Positions 1 through 14,200 of a stretch of DNA of 64,000 nucleotides are shown piece by piece. The notes beneath the pieces are model-generated. The model did not search any database. It was not told the DNA's origin and saw only the letters and a program-made list of their open reading frames with translations. Source of the DNA: Setoptus koraiensis (lineage: Eukaryota; Animalia; Arthropoda); NCBI GenBank assembly GCA_048013815.1, contig CM106585.1, forward strand, positions 2,542,001 through 2,606,000, written 5' to 3'. The position numbers and the translations under genes are program-made. Numbering within the stretch: the stretch's first letter is position 1; the number at the start of each line of letters is the position of its first letter.

Positions 1-628
1 TTTCAATCGAAGCGCTTCCGCGCTCCCTGAAACTTTGTAGTTAAATCTCTCACCGAGATTCATCGCTCGAATGGATCTTCTGTTCTTAACATCACCGACT
101 AACACGCTGAATTCAAGAAGCGATTTGAGGTAAATTCTTGCTCAGCAAAGTAGAAAAAAACAGTTGCAGCGGAAATGCAAGGCGAAAGCTTCCTCTCTGA
201 GCGATGTAGCTACGCGCTGACCTTGACTTGACGCAAGTTGCGTGATTCTTTACAGCATTGGAAGTTTTAACAAACTGTCTCAACAAAATGTTGTTAACTA
301 ACCATTTGAATGATACGATCTGCCTAGAAACAGATTGTCAAGTGTAATTAGAGACTGGCTGGCGCATCAAGAACATCATGTTCCCATTACAATGTGAAAG
401 TTACAGGTAAACATCAACTTCATGTTGCGACTGTCGATGTTTTTCCTTCTCATTTGAGCTGTCTGTTTACACTGCTGCTTCAGATTTACATTGCGTGTCT
501 TTTTGGGCTTGCTAATGAACCGTCAGCTGATTTAGACGTGAACAATTCACGACACAGAATCGCGTTGTCTCACAAAACAACAAAGAATCGCTCTCTTTGA
601 CAAACCAGATAATTGTTGTACTGAAAAT

Positions 629-1459
629 ATGTCTAAATCCCCCAATGAATCTATCAAAGTTGAGCTTGCTGTCAATACTTTTGGCCTCGATGACGTCAAA
701 AAATTGGAAACTCTACTAACCAAGGTAAGCAGCGATACAAGGATACGCCCAGACTACTCAGGAAACTTCCACATAGTACAATAAGTCGATTTGTGTTTCT
801 TTTTTCTATTACAGATACAAGGACTCACCATTTATGATCTAGACCCCAGCAGCAAGACTATCACCTTGGATATCACTAAATCATGTCGATTGGGTATCAT
901 TGATATTCAAACAAATATAGAAAATAACACTGGAATAACAACCGTTGTCAAAGGCGTTGGTACATCCCAATCAGCTGTCTCAGAGCTCAGACCATCGACT
1001 ATCGATCCAACGTCGGATGAGAATATCTTTGGTGTAATACGATTTAGCCAGTTGGGCAAAAAATGTTTTGTAGACGGCCTCATCGATGGATTCATACCTC
1101 ATTCTCAGAGTAAATTTTATTCTGTTGGTATTCATGAATATGGTGACTTGAGTGGTGAAAATTATGAAAATATTGGTGATTCAATAATAGAATTGGAAAA
1201 AGAGCTAGAAATATCGAATCAGGATAATGTGAAAAAATTAGCCATTCCTTTAAAGACAGAGATAGATGGTTGCAATTTAGGCACACTAATCGGACGAGCT
1301 GTAGCCGTTTGTGAAATCGGCGACGATAAGACTTGTGAAAAATTTGTCAGCGCCGGAATCATCTCTAGAGCTTCCACCATCAATAGCAATACCAAACAGA
1401 TCTGTGCTTGCTCTGGAAAAACAATTTGGCAAGAAAGACTAGAAAAGACTGGCAAATGA
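629..1459 (+). CDS. CCS: Copper chaperone for superoxide dismutase; exons 629-724 and 815-1459
   Basis: ATG at 629 (MSKSPNESIKVELAVNT...), GTAAGC donor at 725 and ttacAG acceptor at 814 join in frame. SOD-like domain (IHEYGDLS, LIGRAVAV) and C-terminal CxC motif QICACSGKTIWQER are typical of CCS. Confidence 0.88.
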
Positions 1460-1818
1460 TATTGTCACTGGCTAAGGATCCAACATAATTATGGCTCTGG
1501 TTTTTCTTGTTTTTCTTGTAAATTGGCTTCGAAGGAGTTGAGCTAGATTTCTGTTTCATCTGCTCTTTACAATCAACACTCATTGTACTTTTAGTTTTCC
1601 GTTTGAGGTGAGGTCAATCGTATTGATTCATACATGATAGAGAACTAGATTGTCTGCAAAGAATAGTGCTGCTGGCAATACGCTCGCCTGCTTGGGCCAC
1701 TTCTCAATGGTTGGTAGCAAAGATCAAGTTCCTCAAGTTAGAATAGTTACTCTTTGGGATTATTAATGTTTGTAACAGTAGCTAGGCTAATTTAATGAAA
1801 ATAACTAGGTACAGCATT

Positions 1819-4188
1819 TCAATTGTTAGTATTGTGTTCGGAGTTGAGCTCTATCTCGATATAGCTTGTCGGCACAAAACCAATGAAATCTTTGTCGTCT
1901 GGCTCAAAGACAACTCTGCGGACTCTGGTCCACCCATCACCCTGGTCTAATTCTATCACATCAAATATTTCACCTTCTGTCATGGAGATAGATCCCTCGG
2001 GCTCGGCTATAAGAATAAGTAGAAGGAAAAAGAAACGAGTTTATCATGTTAATGACATCTATTCCTCTTTCTTAAGTGGTGGTTAACTTCAAATTCAGCA
2101 ACTTTTTTTGGGAACATGTGACCAACCTTTGAAAGCATATAGTGCTTTAGCTGTGCCTTGCTTTGGTATTTCAACGGGATCGCAACCATCACTTGCACGT
2201 GTCTTATCTACATCATCGTCAACGTAATTGATGTCATCGGTATCTTGATTAGCATCAACTACATCACTGCATTGGATAAGAACAGAGGACCGAGAGATCA
2301 GTATGAGCGAAGTCATAGAAGAAATCATTCATGATGAGGATTTTCATTTTTCATACCTGTAAGTAGGAGGAGCATTAGATATACTATCGCTAGTGGAATC
2401 GTTGAAGGAATTCTCAGTGTGATTAGTGGCACTACTTTTAGTAGTTTCTCTGTTTGGGTCCTGCCTCAAGCTAGTGTCTGAATTGGTTGACTCTGCACCA
2501 GATGAATTCCTGTGATTAAGGTTAGGCTGAGACTCTGATTGTAAATTATTCAGATTGCTACGATCAGAATTCGCGGGCGATAGACTGCAATCGATTTCAT
2601 CTATCAATAATTGGTATTTGTCAATCTCTGACTTAAGACTCTTCAAAGCTATTTGATTTTCTCGTAGCTGGCCTTCTATAGTCAATGGATCCCCGAAATT
2701 ACCGTTCTCCATGTAAGCTTGTCTCATAGTTATAAGGCCCTCTCTGGAAGAAAAGTGTTTTGAGCAAAATGATAGATGATAATGAGTAAAAGTTGTATTT
2801 ATAGATAGATGAGAAGCACAATAGAAAAAGTCCAGATCAGTAACTCCAAATTACCTCACAGCATTTTCTTGGTTGTATTGGTTTCTTAATTGATCCAATT
2901 TTGACTGCAGTCGCTTTCTTTTTTGGTTGGGCGGTAGATCAGATAGATCTTGCTATTTGTACGGGAGAAGTAAAAAGAAAATTTCATTCAGTTGACCTCA
3001 AAATCGGCGAAATGAGTTTGGAATTTGTATGATATTAAAATACTACCCACCTTGTTGCCAAATAACCCGAAAATCTTACTTCTTTTTTTCAAACCTCTTG
3101 CCGAAAGGGTATGCCTCAATGAGTCAGATTTCAAAGAACGTGAATAAGCTAAATTACTTCCTATAGAATGATTTGAATCTGTTTCTCCATTTGGTTTTGA
3201 TATACTAAGATCTTCGAAAGGTATATCGTCCGGTGGTTGCATGCCAGATTTATATCTATCTATCACCAGCTGAGTATCACCATGAGAATCGATTTTGTCT
3301 GCAGAATCGACAATACCTTGCAGACACTTGTCAATAATTGGGGCCACATTTCTTTGCACAACCGCGCTTAGTCTTATAAAGTTACGAGTGCATTCTATTC
3401 TTCGGTCTTCCATATCCTGCAATTGTTGAAATATCCTGGGCATGAGAGTGTGGTAATGCTCACGCTGACAGTGTATTGCCGTCTGAAGCTGTTTCGCATA
3501 CTCTTTTTTGTAATCTTCACAAGCCCTATCCTTGGTTATGGAAATTGTCCTGGACTTCTCAACTTCGGCTCGGCTTAGATTCAGATCATCATCGGCTTTT
3601 TGAAAGTTTTCTTTAGCTTTTTCTGACTCTTTGAAGGCTTTGTCATAAGCCTTTTTTGATTTGTCGAGTTGATTCAGTGAAGAAGTGAGCATATTTTGAT
3701 TTTTGACACCGTCGTTGAGATATTTTTTCCTTTCTTCTCGTAATTCTTTGGAAAGAATAGATATTTCCTTCACTATCTGAGATGACATATTCTCTGCTAT
3801 AACCTCATGTTGGCCTGCCATGTCCGATATCTCGCGGAGCATCTGTCTGAAAGCTTTACAATATGAAAATCTAAGATAAAGAGTTTGATATCAGAGTTAG
3901 ATAGCTGATGGACGATAGTTGATTGCGATTGATAGATCATGCAAAAGATACTCACTCTTTTTCTTCGTCATCTTTCTTTTTGAGGTCGTGATTTTTTACA
4001 AGTTTTCTTAATCTACTAGCATACTCTACTTCGATCAGACATCTTTCCTTAATGAAGTGACCAAATTTGTCGAGAAATTCGACGCCTTTGGATGTATGAC
4101 TAGATATCGTGTCGAATTGATCCTTTAGGTGTGAACAAGTATGAGAGGTTAGTATGTAATTATTTGAGATCGCATTTGCTGTATTCAT
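1819..4188 (-). CDS. Cip4: CIP4/FBP17/Toca-1 family F-BAR-HR1-SH3 protein; exons 4188-3956, 3870-3051, 2952-2855, 2743-2357, 2266-2127, 2006-1819
   Basis: Five GT-AG introns give one continuous frame with exon lengths consistent with the phases. F-BAR ([30 protein letters not shown]), HR1 ([21 protein letters not shown]) and SH3 (AKALYAFK...[21 protein letters not shown]...GFVPTSYIE). Confidence 0.9.
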
Positions 4189-5736
4189 TCAATGAGGTGT
4201 TTTGTAAGCCTCCCGACAACTTACCCAAAGTTCTGTGCTCCAGCTCATGCCTTGAGAGTTTGATTATGGCCTCTTGGTTGAATAATAAAAATGGACTAGT
4301 CATGTGCAACGCGACGGTTGTGTTACAACGGAAGACTAAAATTGATGGTCGTTATATTTCTTGTTGTTGTTTAAACAAATAATAATATCGGTTGAGTTGT
4401 GAGATAAAAATAAAATTTAAGCTTCTGAATAGTTTGTATCTTATCAGAGTTTATAGAATCTTTGATCATCTTGTCATAGGGATTTGCATCGAATAACTAC
4501 GGTTGATGGCTACAAGAATGCCAATGATGCAAGAAGAATGTATTGCTATTTGCAGGGTACAAAAGAATATGATGCAAGTGTTGTAATAATACTGTAATGA
4601 TGGGGCAGCTAAGTAAATGTAGGAAGCATATCTAAAATTTGATCACCATCAATGTATCCTCTGTGATTGTTGTTATTGTTTCCTCTGTTGTATAAAAATA
4701 ATAATACTAATATGAATTAACAGTAGTAATGATGATGATGATAATAATGTGATGTCGATGGTGATAGTGATAAAAGGTTCAACCAATGTGACTAACAACC
4801 AATGTACGATGATGATTCGACAAATTTGACAGACTAACAGGAGCGCCTATTGTGTGTGTGTGTAAGTGTATTAATGATGATGATGATATTAGTTGAGATA
4901 ATAGTAATAAATTCAATGATAGTGGTAATAATATTAGTAATTAATAATGATGATTATAATTGTCCAAACAATGTAAGTATTGTTGTTGGTCTTGTTAAAT
5001 ACACAGCGTTAGTGTGTGTGTTGTTTTAGTATAAAAACAATCATGAATCATAATGTACATTAATAATAATAGCGTAGAAAGAAAAAAGTAATAAAGTAGT
5101 TATGTACAACAGATGATGCCGATGGTCTTATTTGGAATTGAGTATTTTAGGTGGCTCCGCACGCTAGCATACAATATAAATTGCCATTTAGTGTGAGTAT
5201 GTTCTTCTGACTAGCCCACCGATCGTGTGCACACTCGTTGGCGCAATCTGGCACAAGCGTAGAACAAATGCGTAAAAAACAAACCCGTCAAAAGGGCACA
5301 GTTTGTGCTAGTTGCACAGTGCGAAGGGACATTGAATGCGGGCAGCAGAAGAATGCAGAATGAAAGCACGCTAATACACTACTAATGCCAGTGCTGGTGC
5401 AAGAGCGATAGAGAGAACAGACGAACACACAGACAAACAAACATTCTTCTCAAACACTCTGATAATCGCGTCGTCTTGTGCTGTGTGACCTGTAGTGTGT
5501 ATACATGTAAGAATTCTCTCCCTCTTCTCTCTACATTTTCGTTGTTGATAGCCGTTCCTTTCGACCAACAACCGTAAATAAGTCGTGCTGAGAGCTGTAG
5601 GCGGACACTAGTATACTAGTGAAATAGATGGCCAGTGGCCATGCTCATCGCCGGCTGTGATTCACGAAGATCGGCTAAACAGGGTGGCACTAATGCGTCA
5701 ATCTTATCTACATCTTCTCAACAAAATCATCACTAA

Positions 5737-5762
5737 CACACACACACACACACACACACACA
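5737..5762. repeat. (CA)n microsatellite
   Basis: Run of acacacac... in intergenic DNA. Confidence 0.9.
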
Positions 5763-7140
5763 TCCACATCAACGAAGGACATTTGGGAGAACGTTGGCAT
5801 TTACACACCTATAATCCAGATATGCCAAAGCTGACATTTCTAGTGTAAAGCGCGACAAAAGATTGCACCGTACACACACATTTCCAGTGACACATTGGCA
5901 ATGATGAAATTAATTTACAATTGTCAGTGAAATTGCCCACTCAATCATGGAAAGGCAACCAAGTATTGACGTTGAGAAACATAGCGAGATGTGACCAAAA
6001 TTGATCTAACTAAAATTGATGTCCCTCGAATCTACTTGTCAAAGTTAAAAAACGTTGTGAAGGGGCCTTTCACACAGTATCAGGTCGGCTGCGGACAATG
6101 ATCCTGTCATGTGGCGTTTCGAGCAATGATCGCCTGCCATCGGACAGCATTCCACACTACTTTTGACACCAATTACTTCATGACTATTTAGCTCCGCGAC
6201 GTTTTGAGGAAACTGATTCCAAGTTGAGCTCACAGTTATTGTCCGCTATGACAGCTATACTAAATTACGTGAACATTATAAACATGTGTATTTCAATGTA
6301 GACTGAGATACCAGATTGAGGACTCAGTCATAATGAGCCGCAACCTGTGTTTCCGGAAATGGATCAATTCTTGCTCTACCCGAGAGTTTGTTCTGAATAA
6401 GAAACAACCGTGTCAGGGCATATTATCCGCTGTTTTGTACCGGTGTAATCGAGCGGCGAATCCTTCAGTATGGTCATCCAGTTTTTTTAATGTGCCGGGA
6501 AGAGCTGATGGTCCTTGATGATTCAACATTTCATTCTTACTGATTCAGGATTAACAATGACAATTATACTCACGAGCACAGATTAGAGCATCGTCCTATT
6601 AGTGTCGGGTTCACTTTAGATTAGTAACCTACAATATATGGAAAAGACGGACCGGTCGAATTTTGTGTGTTGCTTTAATTGCTTGGCTTTGCTCAACATT
6701 GAATTCCAAAATTGTCCAATGATTTGATACTGTGATTATAGTCCAACTATTGATAGAGGATAATGATAGCAGATTCGCAGAAAGTTGTGGTGACGATCCG
6801 TGCCCGGGTTGACACTTACAACTTGCAACACCCCCATATGAACAGTTTTTAGTTGAAAAACTCATCATTTATGCCTGTTGCGCATATGGTAATCAACCTT
6901 TTTCTCGCACATTTGTCTAGATAAAGTTTGTGGAATGTGAAGAACTACATATAGTAAGATTGAAGCCTACCATCATTGTCCACAATTGAAAATATCATTG
7001 TAAACAAAAAATTGTCCACATCTCTCCAAGTTGATGATAAATCATGATAACTACTATATTAGTCCAGTTTAGCTTTAGTCTCATCAAGTTCCCAATTGCA
7101 GATTAGAGAGCTTGTCACAAATGCCTGTTGCGCTTACCAA

Positions 7141-7345
7141 TCATTTAAGACTTTGGGGGATGCAGAGAACTAGAGCTTGAGGCAAGATGGTAGAGCCACA
7201 ATGTGCCCACAGTGGAACATACCGGTGCAATTTGCACCGTGAAAATAAGAAATTATTGAAAACTGTATACTGCTGATGGTATGCAGTTCTATCGATGATT
7301 ATAAACACTGTTTTTGTCCAGCATACCAACGTTCAAACAATATCT
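7141..7345 (-). mobile_element. Decayed Tc1/IS630-like DDE transposase fragment
   Basis: Removing one base from aac agt gtt t ata atc atc gat aga act gca tac cat gives NSVIIIDRTAYH, resembling the NSVIVMDNASYH second-Asp motif. A downstream shifted frame reads GHIVALP, like GHTVLRLPP. Frameshifts and stops present; no TIRs found. Confidence 0.4.
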
Positions 7346-8221
7346 AGCGAGCATATGAAGAATATCTGCTTACACTAACACTTGCTATGCTCCGTTTGTG
7401 GGTAGCAGCACACTTCCACAATTCTTCCCTGTGAGTTAGTTAGTTGGTTAGACCATGTGACATTATCAAGCTTACTAATTATATCTTTTTGAGCGGTTGA
7501 ATATGGTTGGTATAAAGTTGCTTGTGTCGCTTTATTAAGCAGATAATCCCTGAATGATAGAACGCTCACGGAGAAACGCTCAAATTTTGATGGTATAAAA
7601 TAGACATGGAAAATCACGTTGCTGTTGTGACGAGCGATATGAGATCTAGCAAACAATAAACACTAGACACTGCTTATAGTGAACGTTCTTCTGGCCCTTT
7701 CCATATTTCTCTGTGCAATCAATTAGTTTTATCGAGAGCCACTGAATAAATAGACTTATCACTAATGACTAATTGTTAGTAATGCTGGCAAGCAGATATT
7801 GGCTAGATACCAGATGCGCGACTTGTTAATTAGTCGCTGATAATTAGTGAGAGAGAGTGTGTGTGTAAGCTGCTTGACGTGTCACGCCGCGTGCACGAAG
7901 AATAATGTGACAAAGAATATTTTCTTGGCACGCATGCGCCTTTAGCGATGTCTTGGCACGCCTGCTTGTTACAGCGCCTGTTAACAAGTGCATTTACACC
8001 CACTTTGAGTTCAATTGTGGCAACACGTTGAGCCTTACACCCGTCCTCGCCTCGGTGCCAATAAAACTCATCTATTTTTGATATAATTAGTGAAAACAAC
8101 AATCAGAATTTTATTGAAAGAAAAACAAAACAATATATCCACGATTCAACGGTAAATACTGCGACACCAACAACAATTATTCTCGCCGACACAACAGCAA
8201 CAACAACAACAATCCACGAAA

Positions 8222-11200
8222 ATGCTGCATGGCGCGCTTTTGCTCGAGAATGGATCCGTCTACTTTGGACAACTGTTTGGTTGCACCAGCAAACAAGTTT
8301 CCGGTGAGGTCGTCTTCCAAACAGGCATGGTGGGCTACTGTGAATCATTGTCGGATCCGTCATACAACAAGCAAATATTAGTGCTGACATATCCACTCAT
8401 TGGCAATTATGGCGTACCAGACGAAAATGAGCGTGACGAACATGGTATACAGAAGAACTTCGAGTCGCACAAAATATGGGCCCAAGCGTTAGTTTGTTCA
8501 GAATTGTCAAGCCACTACAGTCATTGGAGTGCCAAATGTTCTCTAAACGAGTGGATGGTCAAGCATGACACTGTCGGAATTCAAGGAATCGACACCAGGC
8601 GCCTAACGAAAGAACTGACAACAAATGGAACAATATTGGGAAAAATCATCAATTTAGGCTCGCAATTTGATGCTGGCCAATTGTTCAATGTGAAACTCTT
8701 GCATCAATTGAGTGAGTCACAAGCGAAAGACATCGATGCTAAAGCCCATCAAGTAGATTGGCTCGATCCAAGCACCATGAATCTTGTGGAGCAAGTTTCC
8801 ACAAAACAAACTAGACTTTACAATGCGGAAAAATTCCCTCGCATTATGCTCATTGATTGCGGTGCTAAGAATAATATCGTTAGATGTTTGCTACAAGAAA
8901 AATTCAATGTCCAAGTCCAAGTGGTTCCCTGGGATTATGACATTGTGGCAAACGTTGGCGAATTTGACGGTCTCATGATCTCAAATGGCCCTGGCGACCC
9001 GATTAAATGTGAGCTACTCGTTGAGCGCTTGAGGAAACTCTTGCAAGACGACAGCTTCTTCAAGCCTGTTTTTGGTATTTGTTTAGGCCATCAACTCATG
9101 GGTCTGGCGGCGGGATTCACAACTTATAAAATGAACTTTGGTAACAGAGGCCACAATCAACCATGCAGACTTGTTGGGTCTCAGAGATGCTTGATAACAT
9201 CGCAAAATCATGGTTATGCATTGTCAAATCATTCGCCAAGTGACATACCCGACGGATGGACAGAGCTATTCGTCAATGCTAACGACAAATCGAATGAGGG
9301 CATTGCACACGTTAGCAAACCGTTCTTTTCTACTCAATTCCATCCCGAACACAATGCTGGACCAGATGATAGTGAATTTTTGTTCGACATATTCATAGAG
9401 TCAGTTCTACATTCCATCGAAGGCTCAAACGGGTTTCCCGTTTCTCAGATTATAGGCGAGCATCTGAGCAAGAACGCATCGGCCATTCCAACAAATATCA
9501 AAAAGGTTCTAATATTAGGCTCAGGAGGTCTTTCTATTGGTCAAGCTGGCGAATTCGACTATTCTGGCTCTCAAGCAATAAAGGCTTTGAGAAGTGAGAA
9601 AATCTTCACCATATTGATCAATCCTAACATTGCAACTGTTCAAACGTCACCATCTCTGGCGGATAGAGTTTATCTCTTGCCAGTGAATAGTCATTATGTG
9701 GAGAAAGTGATAAAAAATGAGCGACCAGATGGATTGATGCTCATGTTTGGGGGTCAAACAGCACTGAATTGTGGTATTGAGCTTGCGAGAACAGGAGTAC
9801 TCGATAGATACAATGTCAAAGTTTTGGGGCCACCTATAGATTCCATAATCAACTCTGAAGATAGAAAGTTATTTGCTGAAAAAGTTGCAGAGGTAGGTGG
9901 CCAGGTAGCTCCTAGTAGTGCTGTTAGCTCAGTAAGTGATGCGATACATGCCGCGCAAACTAAATTGGGTTATCCTGTTCTTGTGAGAGCGGCTTATGCT
10001 CTCGGTGGACTAGGCTCGGGTTTTGCCGCAAACAAAGCCGAGTTGGCAACACTTGTCAGTCAGGCTTTGATTTACTCGCCTCAAGTACTGTTGGACAAAA
10101 GCCTCAAAGGATGGAAAGAAGTGGAATATGAAGTGGTTCGAGACGTCTACGACAACTGTGCCACCATTTGTAACATGGAGAATGTCGATCCATTAGGTAT
10201 TCACACTGGCGAATCAATTGTTGTGGCTCCCAGCCAGACTTTGAACGATTCAGATTACAATACGCTCAGATCTATGGCCATAAAAATAGTTCGCCATTTG
10301 GGCGTTATAGGAGAGTGCAACATACAATATGCATTGAATCCACAGACAAATGATTTTTACATCATTGAGGTAAATCCCAGACTCTCTAGAAGTTCCGCGT
10401 TGGCTAGTAAAGCCACCGGCTATCCATTGGCATATATTGCTGCTAAGTTGGCCCTTGGAAAGTCTTTGGTAGATCTAGAAAACTCCGTGACTGGGACCAG
10501 TGCTTGCTTTGAGCCAAGCCTAGATTACTGCGTTGTCAAGATGCCCAGATGGGATCTTGGTAAATTTGCCGGAGTCACTCACGAAATCGGTAGCTCGATG
10601 AAGAGTATTGGCGAAGTTATGTCCATAGGTAGAAACTTCGAGGAGGCATTCCAAAAGGCGCTTAGGATGGTTGACGAAAATGTTACTGGATTTGATACAG
10701 ATGTGAAACCGGTCAATGAGAATGAACTGAGGTCTCCCACCGATAAACGCATATTTGTGCTGGCGGCAGCACTAAAAGAAGGCTACGAAATTGGCAGTTT
10801 ACATGAGATTACATCAATGAATACATGGTTTCTTGCGAAAATGAAGAATATAGTGGATTTTCAAAATACCCTTGCCAAATTCAAATCTTCTGATTCAAAC
10901 CTGAACTCTCTCGAGTTCAAAGAGTATCTTCTTCAAGCTAAGAAATTTGGTTTCTCCGATAAACAGATAGGAAATCTAATTGAAAGGACAGAATTGATAG
11001 TTCGTAAGGCGCGTTGCGACCATCATAAGCTTACGCCTTTTGTTAAGCGAGTTGACACAGTCTCTGCAGAATGGCCTGCCAAGACAAACTATCTATATCT
11101 CACCTACAATGGAGATGAGCACGATGTGGAGTTTTGTAATGAAACTCCATCTACTTCGGCGCATAACTCTCCTGTAAAAAGACTAGCTAAAACCGCAGAA

Positions 11201-14200
11201 ACTCCATCAACTGCACCTGAGCCGATGTTGTGTGATAGCCAACAGGTGATGGTCTTGGGCTCTGGTGTGTACAGAATCGGAAGTTCGGTCGAATTCGATT
11301 GTTGTGCCGTCGGTTGCGTCGAAGAACTTCGACGTCTCGATAAGAAAGTTATCATGCTCAATTATAATCCCGAAACTGTTAGTACTGACTTTGATGTTTG
11401 TGACAAACTATACTTTGATGAGATTAGCTTCGAAATAGTTATGGATGTTTACAAATTAGAAAATCCGATGGGTATAGTGATCTCTATGGGTGGCCAACTT
11501 CCAAACAATATAGCAATGGAATTACACAGACAACAAGCCATAATATTAGGAACATCTCCTGATAATATAGATAATGCAGAGAACAGGTTTAAATTTAGCC
11601 GCTTGCTCGACACGTATAATATTGGTCAGCCTGTTTGGAGGGAACTGGTGGACTTGGAAGCCGCCTTCAAGTTTTGCAACCAAGTAAAATATCCATGCAT
11701 TGTTCGGCCATCTTACGTACTCAGTGGCGCAGCCATGAATGTTGCCTACTCGGATAAAGATTTGGAGAAGTACTTGAGTCAAGCTTCAGCTGTATCCAAG
11801 GAGCATCCGGTTGTAATTTCCAAATTTTTAACAGATGCCAAAGAGATAGACATCGACGCCGTTGCTCAGCACGGAGAGTTAATTTGTATGGCAGTTTCAG
11901 AGCATATAGAAAATGCCGGAGTGCATTCGGGCGATGCCACGCTCGTCACACCTCCTCAGGACCTCAACGTTGAGACCATGGCACAGATTCGTCAAATATG
12001 TGGGCAAATTGCAATGGCACTGGAGGTTAATGGGCCATTCAATTTACAATTGATAGCGAAAGACAACCAGTTGAAAGTGATTGAATGTAACTTGAGAGCA
12101 TCAAGATCATTTCCTTTTGTCTCAAAGACGCTCAATTACGATTTTATCGCTATTGCCACAAAAGTTATCATGGGAGAGGAGGTGAAGCCAATTGATGTGA
12201 CATTCGGTCAACTACAGCCCAGTTCAAACTACACGGAGAAGGCTTCTAGAACTAATCGTGTCGGTGTTAAAGTACCTCAATTTTCATTCAGTAGACTCAG
12301 CGGTGCTGACATAAAGTTAGGCGTTGAGATGGCCAGCACAGGTGAAGTAGCCTGTTTTGGTGACAACCGTTATGCCGCATACCTCAAGGCCATGATAAGT
12401 ACGGGTTTCCGGATACCCGAACGAAAAGTTGTTTTACTTTCTATTGGAAGTTACAGACAAAAGGAGGAATTTCTACCGAGTGTCATAACACTGGCCAAAA
12501 TGGGCTACAAAATATATGCCACTCAAGGGACGGCCGACTACTACAACATCAAGTTGACCGAACTGCTTAAAGAAAGGGGCATAGATTTCAAATTGGAATT
12601 CATTGACTGGCCCTTTGGAGATGTCGGAGTTAACTTGACCACTCACGATGAAATAGATGCAATTGCTGCATATCTGTCAGCCAAGGAATTTGATTTGGTG
12701 ATAAATTTACCAATGCAAAGCGCTGGAGCGAGAAGAGTATCCACTCTTGGGTACAGAACGAGAAGGTTCGCTGTAGACCATGCTGTCCCGTTGATATCAG
12801 ACATCAAGTGCGCCAAGTTGCTCATTGAGGCCCTCACCCTTTATGATGGTCCACCGGATGTATCCGACTTGGACTGTTTGACCGCGAGCAAAATAATAAC
12901 ATTACCCGGTCTAATAGACGTTCATGTGCATGTCAGGGAACCCGGAGCTACTCACAAAGAAGATTTCGATACGGCCACCTCAGCAGCCATCGCTGGGGGC
13001 GTCACTATAATCGGCGCCATGCCAAATACTACGCCGCCAATCACCGATTTGGACACATTGAGATTAGAGCAACAATTGGCCCAATCGAAAGCTAGATGCG
13101 ACTACGGTCTCATTTTGGGTGCAACACCCACAAATGCAGCGTCTGTTGCAAGCCTCGCTCAGACGGAACCCGTCATGGCCTTAAAAATGTATCTCAACAA
13201 CACATTTGGAACGCTTTGTATGTCATCCATGGTCGATTGGCAGCAGCATTTCCTCAATTGGCCCAGCAACATTCCTATTTGTGTTCATGCGGAAGGACAA
13301 ACCGCTGCCGCGGCTATACTATTTGCTCAATTTTATAACAAACACGTACACATATGTCACGTAGCTAGAGAAGAAGAAATCCTTTTAATTAAGCATGCCA
13401 AATCGATGAACCTGCCCATCACCTGCGAAGTAGCACCTCATCATCTGGTGCTGTCCGATGATGACTTGACCACTCTAAATCTCGGAGATAAACTTGGCGC
13501 TGTTAAACCACCTTTGATGCCTAAAAAAGATCAAGACGCTCTATGGGATAATCTGGATATTATAGATTGCTTTGCTACGGATCATGCACCTCATTTGTTG
13601 AGTGAAAAAACGAGCGATAAAGTGCCACCTGGTTTTCCAGGTTTGGAAACTATGTTGCCGCTTCTACTAACTTATACACAGTCAACGGACCCCAAGAGGC
13701 AATTAACACTGCAACAAATTATTGAAAAGCTGTACACAAATCCTAAAAGGATTTTCAAAATACCAGATCAGCCAGATACATACGTTGAGGTTGATATGAG
13801 CAGACAGTGGTACATCGATGACCAAACTCATACTTATTCAAAATCTAAATGGACTCCATTTAAAGGGATGAAGGCAACAGGTAAAGTTAGTAAGGTTGTC
13901 ATCAGAGGGGAGGTCGCTTTTGTCGATGACAAACTGATTGTTCAACCTGGTTTCGGTCAAGACATTATGACCGACAGGCAGCAAATCAATTCATCTATTA
14001 GAAATAATATGCTCACGCCGACAACGTTCGGCTTGTTGAACACCCTTGACACAACATTCAGAGGCCGTTCCGATAGTTGCGTATCAACATCGAATGTGCA
14101 ACAACCTCAACAGTTACAGCAATTACCACAACCCCAGCAAATGCAACAACTTCAACAGCAATTACAGTTGCCTCAACAACTTCAACAACAATTGCAACTG

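Noticed and set aside
1-140. Open minus-strand frame (IYLKSLLEFSVLVGDVKNRRSIRAMNLGERF...) running off the left edge
   Set aside because: Only about 44 codons, bounded by a stop, no convincing acceptor or start, and no recognisable family.
6290-6490. GC-balanced segment ending in a T-run, considered as a possible Pol III ncRNA (RNase P/MRP, U4, U5)
   Set aside because: None of the conserved motifs of those RNAs are present.
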